DNA of 53,211 nucleotides from Candidatus Bathyarchaeota archaeon (GTDB taxonomy: Archaea > Thermoproteota > Bathyarchaeia > 40CM-2-53-6). The position numbers and the translations under genes were made by a program. Positions 28,615 to 39,035 of this stretch are shown here, one piece after another. The stretch spans positions 1 to 53,211 of the forward strand of contig CAWHWX010000030.1 of assembly GCA_963833125.1 (NCBI GenBank), written 5' to 3'. Each line of letters begins with the position of its first letter. Position 1 is the stretch's first letter. The notes beneath the pieces were generated by a model. It had not been told where the DNA came from. It saw nothing but the letters and a program-made list of their open reading frames with translations, and made no database searches.

Positions 28615-30417
28615 TTATGTGCTCTTGGTTTTTGATTTGCGACGCAGGAAATAAGTTGCGCCGGCCACGGCTGCCACGATAACGACTCCTACGGCGCTGA
28701 GGGTAACATAATCGGGCCCAGCAGCAGCTGCGGATGTTGTGGTCGTTGAGCTCGTGCTCGTGGCGGCCCCTACGGGCTGCAGGTTTACGAAGGCTGTGCC
28801 ATTCATGATTTGGGCGCCGTATTCGATGTAGCCGGTTGGCCAGTTTGTCCAGTATTGGGTGTTGTAGGCCCAGACGGCGTCTGGGTATGCCATGATAATC
28901 GTTGGGAGGTACTGGGCGTTTAGGGCTTGTATGTTGTGTAGGTATTGTTGCTCCATGGTTGGGTCAGCGGTTCTTTGGAAGGCGGTGAAGTTGCTCTGAT
29001 ATTGAGCGTCGATGTTTGGAGGGAATTCCCAGTAGTGATTCGCAGTTGAAGGGAGCCAATATACGTTCCATCCTTGGAGGCTGTCAAGGTATGGGTTGCC
29101 CCACACGGGCGCGTTGGCGGTGAAGAGAATCATTGCGCTTCGTATTCCATTGGCGTTATTTGCATAATTGCCCACGATGCTTGAGGCGGAGGTTGTCTGA
29201 AGGTTGACCTTGAATCCCAAAGCCTGCAAGTTACCTTGAATAACACTCGCACCGACGCTATCGATTGTATTGTCAGTGTCGGTCCACAGGCTCAATGAGA
29301 CTGTTGTTCCGTTCGCGTAATGCAGAAAGCCATCTGACGCCTTTGTAATTCCGATCTGATTTAGCAGCGCCAACGATTTCGTTTGATCAAATGAATACTG
29401 GGCAATGCTTGGGTTATACCAAAACGTTGCAGACGGGGAGACTACTCCCTCCCCTGAGTATCCAGTTAATCCGTAACCGTTTAACGCTTGGTTGACGAAG
29501 GCGTTCTGGTCGATGCCGAAAGCTAGCGCTTGCCTGAAGTTTGTCATATTGTAGGGGTACATGGAATCGTTATACTCCAATGAACTGCCGTAGAGACCTT
29601 TCTCGTCCAGAATGTGCATGTTCGGATTCTGGAGTACGGCCTGTACGTTTGATGGCTCAACCAGAGCCAAATCCGTCGAACCCGACTGTAGGATACCGGT
29701 CGTGAGTGAGAGGGATTCGACGAAGTTGACGTCGATCTCGTTGATGTGAGGTTGGGTCGTGAAGTATGGGTTCCTGAGCATCACCATTTGGGTCTGCCCG
29801 GATTGATAGTTACTGACGTAGAACGGCCCGGATACCACATCTGTTCCGAAGTTGTTTGAGGTGGCGCCCTGACTCTGGATGAATGAGGATGGATAGACGG
29901 GGGTGTACAGGTCCCAGTTGAACTTGTCCGGCCAATGTGCATCGGGCGTATTCAATTCGTAAACCGCTGCGCTACTGTTAAGCGCAGATTGCGACTTCAC
30001 TTCAGGCCCCATGGCGAGGTAGTCGTATGTCGCGTTGAATCCGAATTTCGGCCCGAAAGTATCCAGAATATCCTTCGAGGTTATGTCAGTGCCGTCAGAC
30101 CACTTCAGGCCCGGTTTGATGTTGAACGTCCACTGAGTATAATTGTCGTTATGGGCGATCCAATCTGTTACAGCGAGTGAATTGTCCAGAGTCCCATCGG
30201 GAGCTGCGACGGGGGAGCCGTAGTATTGCATTCCTATGAGTAGACCGCCAGACGTACCGGAGACCAGAGTGTTCGGGTTGATGCTGCTGGGTGCTCGAAT
30301 GAGCGTCAGCCTAAACGTCGTACCACCCTGAGCGCTCGCTCTCGATGCCATGAGAGGAATAATGCTGACGATAATTAGCAAGGCGAAGAATAACGTGATA
30401 CCTTTTCGCTTGAACAA
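28615..30417 (-). CDS. oppA: Family 5 solute-binding protein with S/T linker and C-terminal TM anchor
   Basis: WTFNIKPGLKWSDG, SGPF, RNPY and FRQALAFGID; archaeal-type C-terminal anchor. Confidence 0.9.
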   Translation of the reverse strand: MFKRKGITLFFALLIIVSIIPLMASRASAQGGTTFRLTLIRAPSSINPNTLVSGTSGGLLIGMQYYGSPVAAPDGTLDNSLAVTDWIAHNDNYTQWTFNIKPGLKWSDGTDITSKDILDTFGPKFGFNATYDYLAMGPEVKSQSALNSSAAVYELNTPDAHWPDKFNWDLYTPVYPSSFIQSQGATSNNFGTDVVSGPFYVSNYQSGQTQMVMLRNPYFTTQPHINEIDVNFVESLSLTTGILQSGSTDLALVEPSNVQAVLQNPNMHILDEKGLYGSSLEYNDSMYPYNMTNFRQALAFGIDQNAFVNQALNGYGLTGYSGEGVVSPSATFWYNPSIAQYSFDQTKSLALLNQIGITKASDGFLHYANGTTVSLSLWTDTDNTIDSVGASVIQGNLQALGFKVNLQTTSASSIVGNYANNANGIRSAMILFTANAPVWGNPYLDSLQGWNVYWLPSTANHYWEFPPNIDAQYQSNFTAFQRTADPTMEQQYLHNIQALNAQYLPTIIMAYPDAVWAYNTQYWTNWPTGYIEYGAQIMNGTAFVNLQPVGAATSTSSTTTTSAAAAGPDYVTLSAVGVVIVAAVAGATYFLRRKSKTKST

Positions 30418-30460
30418 AGCTTCTCACAACAAACAGTCAGTGAATCTATGATGTGGGAGT

Positions 30461-32039
30461 TTATTCTGGTGGAATTTGCGCCCACACTTTTGTTAGGTCT
30501 ATTCCGTGAGCTTTGTTGTAGAAGTAAGAGGCTGCGAAAATTGCTACGGGTATGAGTACTACGATTACGATGATCACTTGCGCTTGAGAGCTGAATGAGG
30601 CTACTGCTGGGTTCGTCACCGCGTTAAATCCCAAATAGCCAAAGAGGATCAGCGCCTATTACCCCAAGAAGGGATATGATCGGAAATCCGCCTATTCGCG
30701 CTTTCCACGACGCGGCTTCGAAAATGGCTTTCCTGCGGAACGGAAGAATAATCGCGCTAACGGCTGTTAGGAACCAAACGACTGCGAACAGAAAGATCCC
30801 GTTCACTTGAGTCGTGATGAACGAGACGAAGAAGTACAGATACATCGGAACAAGGGTGCAAGCTGCGGCAACGACTATTGCAACATAAGGCGTGTGGAAC
30901 CTGTCGCTCACATTAGCTAGACCGGAGGGTAGCGTTCTGTCGAAAGCCCAAGACATGAAAAGTCGGCTTATGAACACAATCCCTAGCCAGCCCCAACCGA
31001 TGTTTCCGACAAATAAGCCTCCCACGATTATCCAGAGCAGCAAGCTACTTGGGTTGAATAACGTGACGAAGACTGTGGGAACAGTTGATGCGCCCCCGCC
31101 TGCCGTTAACGTCCAGGCTTCAAGGAACGAGATCCCAACCAAGTTGTCAAAAAGGTAGGTAAGACCGAACCAGATCAGGATTGATACGATCTCTGCAAGA
31201 ACCAATCCATATAGAAGAGATCGGCGCGGGTTCTTGATCTCGCTTCCCACCATTTGCATCACAGGGTAGGGTCCGATGCTAACGAAGAGCAGTGGAACCA
31301 CAGCTCCTAGAGCGACGAGCGATGGGCCTGGAGTGTAACCTTTTGCCGCCGCATCGGAGAACACCTTAGCAACGCCGCCGGGGAAATATTGGGCGTAGGC
31401 TGCGCTGAAGTCAGCGGGCGTATGAATTAGGAATACTACGACGGTTAGAAGTAGTATGACTGCTCCGTATGCGAAAAACGCATATACAATTGTCCTGAAA
31501 ACTTTCCCACCCGTTATGATGGCTGCTGTTCCAATGATCAGAATGACCACGCTGATTGCAAAAAGGGTCAGTGGAGAGGAAGTGGTCCATGGGGTAATGA
31601 AGTTGCCCAAGTTTGTAATGTTTGGGTCGTTCAGAACCTGTCCCGCAAACTGCAATTGGGTTCCCGACTCTGCGAACGCCCAGTAGGAGTTGGAACCAGC
31701 GGAGGTTAGAGATGCGATGAAGAATAGGAAGCTTGCCACAAAACCAAGTGGTCCAGCAATTGATCGAGAGATGAAGACGTAGTCTCCTCCCGATCGAGGC
31801 ATAACCACGGTCACCTGCCAATAGAGCAGGACGATCACGATCGCGATGACTGCCCACACTCCCAACGCCGCGTAATAGTTAACGTTCTGATAGTAGTCGG
31901 GCGTGAGCCAGAAGATCCCGGCCCAGCTTGTCAGCCAAGGAAAGTAGATGAGACTCCAAACAAATACGTCAAATGAAGAAAGCTGCCTTACCAATCCGGT
32001 AGCTTCACGAACAAACAGCGTAGGGTGTGCCTTTGCCAA
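30461..32039 (-). CDS. APC family amino acid/amine permease (frameshift about 30650)
   Basis: FVREATGLVR, MPRSGGDY..ISR, EIKNP and FDR.LP; the shifted frame ends GIDLTKVWAQIPPE. Confidence 0.9.
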
Positions 32040-32119
32040 GCCATTAACCTAGACGTTTAGCTGCCGCTGTAACAGATATAAGACCTACCATAACCCTGAA
32101 TCAGACGGGTGGAGTAAGC

Positions 32120-32860
32120 ATGATCTTTGAAGGCATCCCCATCGTGGACGCTCATTGCCACGTTGGCTATTTTGGGGGATGGGCGAATGTAGGAATTACA
32201 GCCGAGGAATTGGTATCGGTAAATAAGAAATGTAATGTGATTCACTCCATAGTTTTCACGTTACCAAACAGCCTTTCGATTGAGGCTTCTGAGAAATACC
32301 CGAAAGATCTTTCCAGCTACGTTTGGCTTAATCCGTTTGACGGAGAGAAGGCCGTAAACGAACTGCGCACATCAGTGAAGGAACACGGTTGCAAAGGTGT
32401 AAAGTTACACCCCTTGTTTCAAGCGTTCATTGCCGACGACCCTATTGTTTACCCGATTATGGATGAAGCTAGGAAGCTCAAAGTGCCTGTGGCAATTCAC
32501 TCAGGCCACCCACCTTTCTCATTGCCCTGGAGCATCGGAGAATTAGCGGAAGTCTACCCGGACGTCACTATTGTGATGCTCCACATGGGACATGGCCACG
32601 GACTGTACATACGAGCCGCAATTCATACCGCCAAGAGATACGCGAACATTGTGTTAGAAACGTCAGGCATGCCAATGCACACCAAAATCAAGGAGGCGAT
32701 GGATACCGTTGGGGATGATAGAGTGATTTACGGATCCGACATGCCCTTTCATCATCCCTCAGTTGAACTGCAGCGGGTCAAGATGGCGGAGTTGAAAGAG
32801 AGTCAGCTGAGAAGGCTACTGCATGATAATGCAGTAGAGAAACTGGGCTTGGCAATCTAA
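32120..32860 (+). CDS. Amidohydrolase_2 family metal-dependent hydrolase
   Basis: DAHCH, GVKLHP, IHSG, HMGH and YGSDMP. Confidence 0.9.
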   Translation: MIFEGIPIVDAHCHVGYFGGWANVGITAEELVSVNKKCNVIHSIVFTLPNSLSIEASEKYPKDLSSYVWLNPFDGEKAVNELRTSVKEHGCKGVKLHPLFQAFIADDPIVYPIMDEARKLKVPVAIHSGHPPFSLPWSIGELAEVYPDVTIVMLHMGHGHGLYIRAAIHTAKRYANIVLETSGMPMHTKIKEAMDTVGDDRVIYGSDMPFHHPSVELQRVKMAELKESQLRRLLHDNAVEKLGLAI

Positions 32861-32914
32861 GGCCCAAAATGTATTCTGCGATGCAGCTCAGCGTTTGGTG
32901 CGGCGACGATTGCT

Positions 32915-34459
32915 CTAATCGAAAACAATCTTCCCGGGATTCATTATATTGTCAGGGTCAAGCGTATGCTTTACTCTTCTCATTAGCGCGAGTAGGTTCG
33001 GGTCGTTGAACTCATAGCGGCAATATTCTTTTTTCAAGAAGCCAATTCCATGGACTGCTGAGACCGTGGCACCTGCTTCGGCGGCGAATTTCAGCATCTC
33101 ATCCGTGGCGGCATTCTTCACTTTCAACCCTGCCTCATCATTGTCGAATGCGTACATCGCCCAAAGTTGGGTTGGAATTAGATTGAATCCGCCCCCATGC
33201 CATTTCATTCCATGCTTGAGTGCAATTGAGCGCCATTCATAGTAGACTGACAGGATCTTGTCGAGCGGTAATGTGACGCTCTCCATTCCGTAGACCTGAT
33301 TATTCGGTAAGTTTGCCGGAAAGGCTTCGTGATGTCTCTCCCAGAAATCTGCGACAGCCTGCTTGCCCGCGTCGACTCCTCCGTTCGACTCACAAACCGC
33401 AAGCGCTCTATCCCTCTGTGCAGCAACCACCTCCTTCACCCCCGCGAAACCAAGTATGAGCATGCCGAAGGAAGTGACCTCCGATTCTGACGCCTCCGGC
33501 GCCACTTTGACGACATCCACGCAATGATGAATGCCAAGGCGCAGCCCTAAGCGTCCAAGCTCAATCGATGCCTTCGACGCCTGCCTAAAATCATCGAAAA
33601 CCAAAATTCGTGTTTCCGTGACTTCTGGCATCGGGAACGTTTTCACGGTTGCCTGAGTAATTATCCCCAGGGCACCTTCAGCCGCGATAAATAGATGGGT
33701 TAGGTTGAAGGTTGATGTGGGTCGGTCTAAAGGACGCCCCGTACCAACAATTGTTCCGTCAGGCAACACCACACGAAGGCAAAGAACTCTCTGCCTCATC
33801 GACCCCAGATTACTGTACCATCCATCCCCGCCTATCTGGTCTGTTGAGATTGAGCCACCAAGCGAAACGACCGGTCCACTTCCAGGATCAAATCCAAGAG
33901 TCAGCCCTTTCTCGTTGAGTTTATCCTCAATTGCCAGAATATTCGTTCCCGCTTCTGCGGTAACATGATAGTTCCGATCATCAATATTCACGATTTTGTT
34001 CATTGCAGTGAGATCGATGATCATGCCTCCCTTCAGCGCCACGGCTCCACCAACGAACCCGGTCCCCGCACCCCTAGGAGTAATCGCTATTTTTTCGCGC
34101 GCCGCCAGCCTCACAAGCCTCGATACTTCGTCCTCCGTACGCGGAAGGACTACGACATCGGGTGGAAATCCGTGTTCAAGGTCAATAAAATCCGAGGAAT
34201 GGTCCTGGAAATAGTATGCACGCTCAGAGTACGTTATCTTCACGTTCTCTGCCCCAACGATCGATTTCACCTCATCTAACCAACCGGCTCCGACGGCAAC
34301 CTCGGCCGCTTTACTTGTTGACACTTGACTTTGGTAGTATTTCACATCACAATCGTGATGCACCAGGCCCTTAGTCGCCGAGTAGTCCGGGCGTTCACTT
34401 TTCTTGATTTCTTTATCGCAATGAGCGCAACGCGACAACTCTCGAGCCTCTCTGTTCAC
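32915..34459 (-). CDS. FAD-binding oxidoreductase (GlcD/VAO family) with an N-terminal Cys/His extension
   Basis: PDVVVLP, PRGAGTG..GG, AEGALGIIT, HGIG..K and LDP.NIMNPGK. Confidence 0.88.
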   Translation of the reverse strand: MNREARELSRCAHCDKEIKKSERPDYSATKGLVHHDCDVKYYQSQVSTSKAAEVAVGAGWLDEVKSIVGAENVKITYSERAYYFQDHSSDFIDLEHGFPPDVVVLPRTEDEVSRLVRLAAREKIAITPRGAGTGFVGGAVALKGGMIIDLTAMNKIVNIDDRNYHVTAEAGTNILAIEDKLNEKGLTLGFDPGSGPVVSLGGSISTDQIGGDGWYSNLGSMRQRVLCLRVVLPDGTIVGTGRPLDRPTSTFNLTHLFIAAEGALGIITQATVKTFPMPEVTETRILVFDDFRQASKASIELGRLGLRLGIHHCVDVVKVAPEASESEVTSFGMLILGFAGVKEVVAAQRDRALAVCESNGGVDAGKQAVADFWERHHEAFPANLPNNQVYGMESVTLPLDKILSVYYEWRSIALKHGMKWHGGGFNLIPTQLWAMYAFDNDEAGLKVKNAATDEMLKFAAEAGATVSAVHGIGFLKKEYCRYEFNDPNLLALMRRVKHTLDPDNIMNPGKIVFD

Positions 34460-34551
34460 GTAGAGCTAGACTTTTCGACCTTAATTCCTTTCGTCAGAGT
34501 ATCAGTCCATTGTAGCATATCGGAAGAAAGGCCATAAGACGCATCTGACCA

Positions 34552-34956
34552 TTGCGAGCGACCGCGATGGTGCGTTGTTCGACGATCATCAGATTTCTGG
34601 TTTGGCTGGTAAATAGGACACCATCTGCAAAGAATCAAGTGGCGAATTGGAACAAGACCATTCAGTTTACGTTAGCCGGGGAAGACCCATTCTACGTGAC
34701 ATTCATTGACAAAGGGATGGGTTATCACACAGGCACAGCAGCAGCTACCGACCTCGAGTTCGTTTCTACGTCGAAGGATTTTTTTGACGTGATAACTGGA
34801 AAAGCAAGGTTCGATCAAGGCTTCTCGAATGGAGCCTACACGATACATGGATCAATTACTGATGCCGTTCGATTAATGGGCGTCGCGGAGCTCACATTTG
34901 AAGCTCATCCCGTGCTCAACAAAATAGTACGGACAGCGTTGGGAATCTCTGGATAA
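34552..34956 (+). CDS. SCP2 sterol/lipid-binding domain protein
   Basis: IQF.L..F.V...DL....F..VITG......F..G...I.G pattern. Confidence 0.6.
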   Translation: MRATAMVRCSTIIRFLVWLVNRTPSAKNQVANWNKTIQFTLAGEDPFYVTFIDKGMGYHTGTAAATDLEFVSTSKDFFDVITGKARFDQGFSNGAYTIHGSITDAVRLMGVAELTFEAHPVLNKIVRTALGISG

Positions 34957-35106
34957 GATTCTTTCTCGATCTGACAAGTCATAAATACGCTGCTCACGAG
35001 CTCATTGGGAGGTTGGTTTTCGATGACCTTCCTTCAAATTTGGGTGAGATAACTGCTCCTTTTTGCTCCCTTCGTAGTTGAACTTCCTCTCAAGGTCCGC
35101 CAAGCC

Positions 35107-36156
35107 ATGGCGAAGCAGGTCATCCATCCTGACCTGGATGAGAAATTCTTTGACCTCTATGACAGCGTAATGCGTAAGACCAGTAAGATTTACGGAACGC
35201 GAAATGACTTATTCGTTATTCCGGGAGAAGGAATGGTCGCACTTGACGCAGCAGTCGCCAACCTAGTCGAGAAGGGAGACCGAGTTCTTTCGATCTCTTC
35301 GGGATTCTATGGCGATGGACTAAGAGAATTTGCGATGAACTATGGGGGCGACGCGACTCTATTGCGCAGCGACGATGGCGATGTTGTCGAGCCAGCCGAG
35401 ATCGAGAGACAACTCGAAAAGGATCCCCAGATCAAGGTTGCAACCTTTGTTCATGTCGAGACACCTTGCGGAACACTCGGCCCATTGCCCGAGGTTGGTA
35501 AGATTTGTGATGACCATGGCGTGATCTTGATTGCCGACACCATAACATCCGTGGGTGGCGTCCCAGTGAACGCAGATCGGAACCACGTCGACGTTGTCCT
35601 TGGGGCCAGCCAAAAGTGCTTCAGTGCGCCACCCGGCCTAGCAATGATTTCGGTCAGCCCGAGGGCATGGGAGAAAATTGAGAGAAGAAAAGAGAAAGTC
35701 CCCTCGTTCTATCTCGACCTTCTGCCATGGAAGAATATGTGGCTTAAGAAACGGGAGTTTCCTTACACACAGTCAGTCTCCGACATATTCGCCCTCAACG
35801 CGGCTTTGGATCTCATACTTAAGGAAGGATTAAGCCGGGTATATACGAGGCACAGGAAAATCGCCGATTACGTGCGCGATTTATGCCGGGATTTCGGACT
35901 TGAAATCTTTGCAAAACGCAGAGAAATCTCTTCCAACACTGTGACGGCGGTAAAGGTGCCCGCGGGTATAGATGAGAAACAGTTGAGAAGAGTGATGGCA
36001 AAGCGTCACGGGGTCATAATATCCCACTCCTGGGGGAAGACCGCGGGGAAAGTTGTTCTTCTCGGTCACACCGGCTACAATGCCCAAGAGAAGAAGGCTC
36101 GGATCGCCATGAGTGCACTTTCAAAGTCTTTGAAAAGTCTAGGTTTCAAAAAGTAA
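35107..36156 (+). CDS. Class V aminotransferase, pyridoxamine:pyruvate aminotransferase-like (true start probably about 35040)
   Basis: PGEGMVALDAA, HVETPCG, ASQKCFSAPPG and FPYTQSVS. Confidence 0.85.
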   Translation: MAKQVIHPDLDEKFFDLYDSVMRKTSKIYGTRNDLFVIPGEGMVALDAAVANLVEKGDRVLSISSGFYGDGLREFAMNYGGDATLLRSDDGDVVEPAEIERQLEKDPQIKVATFVHVETPCGTLGPLPEVGKICDDHGVILIADTITSVGGVPVNADRNHVDVVLGASQKCFSAPPGLAMISVSPRAWEKIERRKEKVPSFYLDLLPWKNMWLKKREFPYTQSVSDIFALNAALDLILKEGLSRVYTRHRKIADYVRDLCRDFGLEIFAKRREISSNTVTAVKVPAGIDEKQLRRVMAKRHGVIISHSWGKTAGKVVLLGHTGYNAQEKKARIAMSALSKSLKSLGFKK

Positions 36157-36241
36157 ATCCGCATTGTAAGAGACCTGTTACCACTGCCATAAAATCTCCG
36201 ATTTGCCGTTGGACGACGAAGAGGATCGCGAAATGCCGAAT

Positions 36242-37922
36242 TTAGACGGGCGGCATTTCGGCGAAGCTTAGGGATAGGTCGATACCCTGTTTCTTTCGTA
36301 TGCCCCATGCGACTAAGTAGACTAGGATGCAGGCGAGGAATATTCCGAAGACGAATTCTATCGAACTTCCAGTCGGGACAGAGACGTATCCCAACGCCGG
36401 GCCTGCGACGAATATCCATCCTATGTATAGGTTCACGATTAGGGAGAGAACGCCCATGATCGCGAGAACCGAGACACCTCCAACCTTGTACTTTGCGGCT
36501 GGCGAAGCTTCGAAGATTTGCTTGTTTCGGTAGGGGAACACAATGGCTGTTACGCTGATGAGTACGTATGCGATTTGAGTAGCGAGGCCTGCGGTGGAGA
36601 AGTAGCTTGTTAGCGCGGTGTAGTAGATTATGAGGTAGAGGAATACCTCGCAACCTATTGCGGAAATTACCAATGCTACAAGCGGTGTACGTGTTTTCTG
36701 GGTTACGTAGGCGATCTTTTCCGGCAATACTCTATCCATTGCAGCCGCAAACATGATTCTTGTCGATGCAAAGTAAACAATCAGGATGACTTGGAACAGT
36801 CCGAACGTGAGGCCTACCAAGATTAGCGTCCACACTACCGGGCTACTACTCAGTGATGCCACGAGGGCCGGGTAGTAGGGATTGTAGAAGAACGCGAGGG
36901 GGTTGGTTGAAGGGTCGAAGTTGTAGTATAGCGTATAAAATGATTCCAGAAATTGCAAGCTCACAACAGCTTCAAGCAGATACCACAAGGCGAGAAGGAA
37001 AAGTGCGAACAGAAGGCTTGACCCAACCTGTATCCACACCTGTACCTTGAGGCTCTCTGCGCTCTTTATTTCCGATAGATTGTAGATGCTCCAAAACGCG
37101 TATCCAAATGACACCCAGATTACGCCTAAGAGAGCCAACGTTCCCGGCCAACTGAATGCGGGAGTGGTAAGGTTGGCTGTTTGGATAATGTATTGGTAGT
37201 AACCGCCGGCACTTTGGACCGCGTTCGTTACAGTTTGGTTGCCCTGCGCCTGTACCAATGGCATCGTGAATGAGTTGAAGTTCTGAACAAACGCAGCGTG
37301 GGTCGTAGTCGCTAAAACCAAAAGAATCGTCGCGGCAGAGACAACAGATCCAGCGAACAGGATGTATTGTAGACGGACGTAGAACCGCATACCCAGTGCA
37401 GCAATAACAAGGCCAAGTAGAATGACGACGGTCGTTATGGCAAAGTTCGCAGTATTGTATCCAAAGTTTGCGGCAAGAGTGACCGCTAAGATTCGCGAAG
37501 TAGGGGTTAGACGTTCCGAGGAGGGCAAAGTATGGTTGAAAGCCGACCGAGGCTATGAGCATGCCCAAGAAACTTGCAAAATACCACTGCCAGATTGTCC
37601 ACGCTGAAAAGGTTGATCCGAACCCTATGATTGGATGAAGTACCCGACTCTGCCAGACATAATCTCCTCCTGAACGAGGCATCGCTGATGAGAGCATGGA
37701 TGTCGACAAATAGAACGGAATGGCGATGACCGCCATGAGCAGGATGGCCAAGCCAACGTTTGCGCCCAAGAAACTGGATGAGTAGGCTAGGGAGTAAAGG
37801 GTCACCCATGTGAAGGTGCAGAGGCCGATGGCCATGAAGTTGTAAATGAACGCCTGATGAGGCGCCATCTCACGGACTAACCCGGAGGTCTTTCTAACGA
37901 AAATCTGTTTTGACGATGCCAT
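36242..37922 (-). CDS. APC family permease (frameshift about 37480)
   Basis: FVRKTSGLVR, MPRSGGDYVWQSR, DRVLP and GIDLSLSFAEMPP. Confidence 0.9.
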
Positions 37923-37997
37923 TTGGAAGCACACGCAACGAAATGATGGTAGTGACTCGGTTTGTATTTAAAACTGACCGTTTTTTGGAAACGAAAC

Positions 37998-39008
37998 TCA
38001 TGCGGAGATGAATTGATAGGATTTACAACCCTTCTCATCCAGGTTGACGAGGGCGCCGCGAAGTATTCCTTCTCCGTACTCACTTCCCGGGTTTACGCAG
38101 ACCGTGCGACCGATCTTCGCTACATTCTTCGATTCATGAATATGCCCGTGCAATCCCAACACGGGTTGCGCTTTTTCAATGGCTGCTCGAATTGCGGTAG
38201 AGCCCGCCCCGAAGAAAACCAGTCCGCCCCCGTCCATCATTGGCTTTGGAGGGAAAACGGAAGCGTCCAATTTCACACATGTGTCCAAACCGGAGTCGAC
38301 GGGTGGGCAATGGAAGTTGAAGACTGAGTTGGCTGGGTCGGTGAGCATCGAAATCTTCTTCTCAACTCTTTTCGCGATTTCCTCTTCAGTCAAGTCTCTA
38401 GGGCAATTCCATGGTGTGATGTTCGCAAACCCTGCGGAAATCATCTCGTGTCTAGGATCAAGCATGACAACCTTGTCCTCGGGCTGAACGATCTTCTTAC
38501 TCTTCCCCAGTTCTTCATCGACGAACATTTCGTCATCATTGCCCGTATTGACGTAGACGGGGCAGGTCGTGTTCGAATCAGCGTACTCAACCCATTCCCT
38601 GAGTCTCGTTCGGGTAATCTCCTCAAATATTCTATCGGATTCTTGCTTGTTCTGAGCAAGATTTTCCACCTCGCTTTTTGAAGCCACGTAGAGGTAAGAA
38701 CCGGTTCTTCGCACAACTTCCTCGAACCGCGCCAACTCCTCCTTGCTCTTCATGTCGTGCATCTGTTTTTGAAATTCCGCGTGGTATGATCCATCAGGGT
38801 AAGCGATAACCGTAACGACAGCCTTGCCGGTAAGATCTCCTCCCATCACAATCACGTTCGCCTTGTAGAACTTCCCTCCTTGAATGAACTTCTTCCAGAC
38901 GCTGTCGCTGCCATGGACATCGGAGGCGAAGAGAATGCGGGTGAAAGCCAAACTAGACACTGCCACACATCGATTCTTTCGGCCGAATATAATTCTTAGA
39001 ACTATCAT
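37998..39008 (-). CDS. Metallophosphoesterase (Icc-like, calcineurin superfamily)
   Basis: SDVHGS, GGDLTGK, GNDD, HCPP, HGHIHE and NPGS. Confidence 0.9.
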   Translation of the reverse strand: MIVLRIIFGRKNRCVAVSSLAFTRILFASDVHGSDSVWKKFIQGGKFYKANVIVMGGDLTGKAVVTVIAYPDGSYHAEFQKQMHDMKSKEELARFEEVVRRTGSYLYVASKSEVENLAQNKQESDRIFEEITRTRLREWVEYADSNTTCPVYVNTGNDDEMFVDEELGKSKKIVQPEDKVVMLDPRHEMISAGFANITPWNCPRDLTEEEIAKRVEKKISMLTDPANSVFNFHCPPVDSGLDTCVKLDASVFPPKPMMDGGGLVFFGAGSTAIRAAIEKAQPVLGLHGHIHESKNVAKIGRTVCVNPGSEYGEGILRGALVNLDEKGCKSYQFISA

Positions 39009-39015
39009 TTAATAA
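39008..39015 (+). promoter_or_regulatory. TATA box in the divergent promoter region
   Basis: TTTAATAA 28 bp before TTG 39036. Confidence 0.5.
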
Positions 39016-39035
39016 GCAATTTAGCGCCATCTTCC

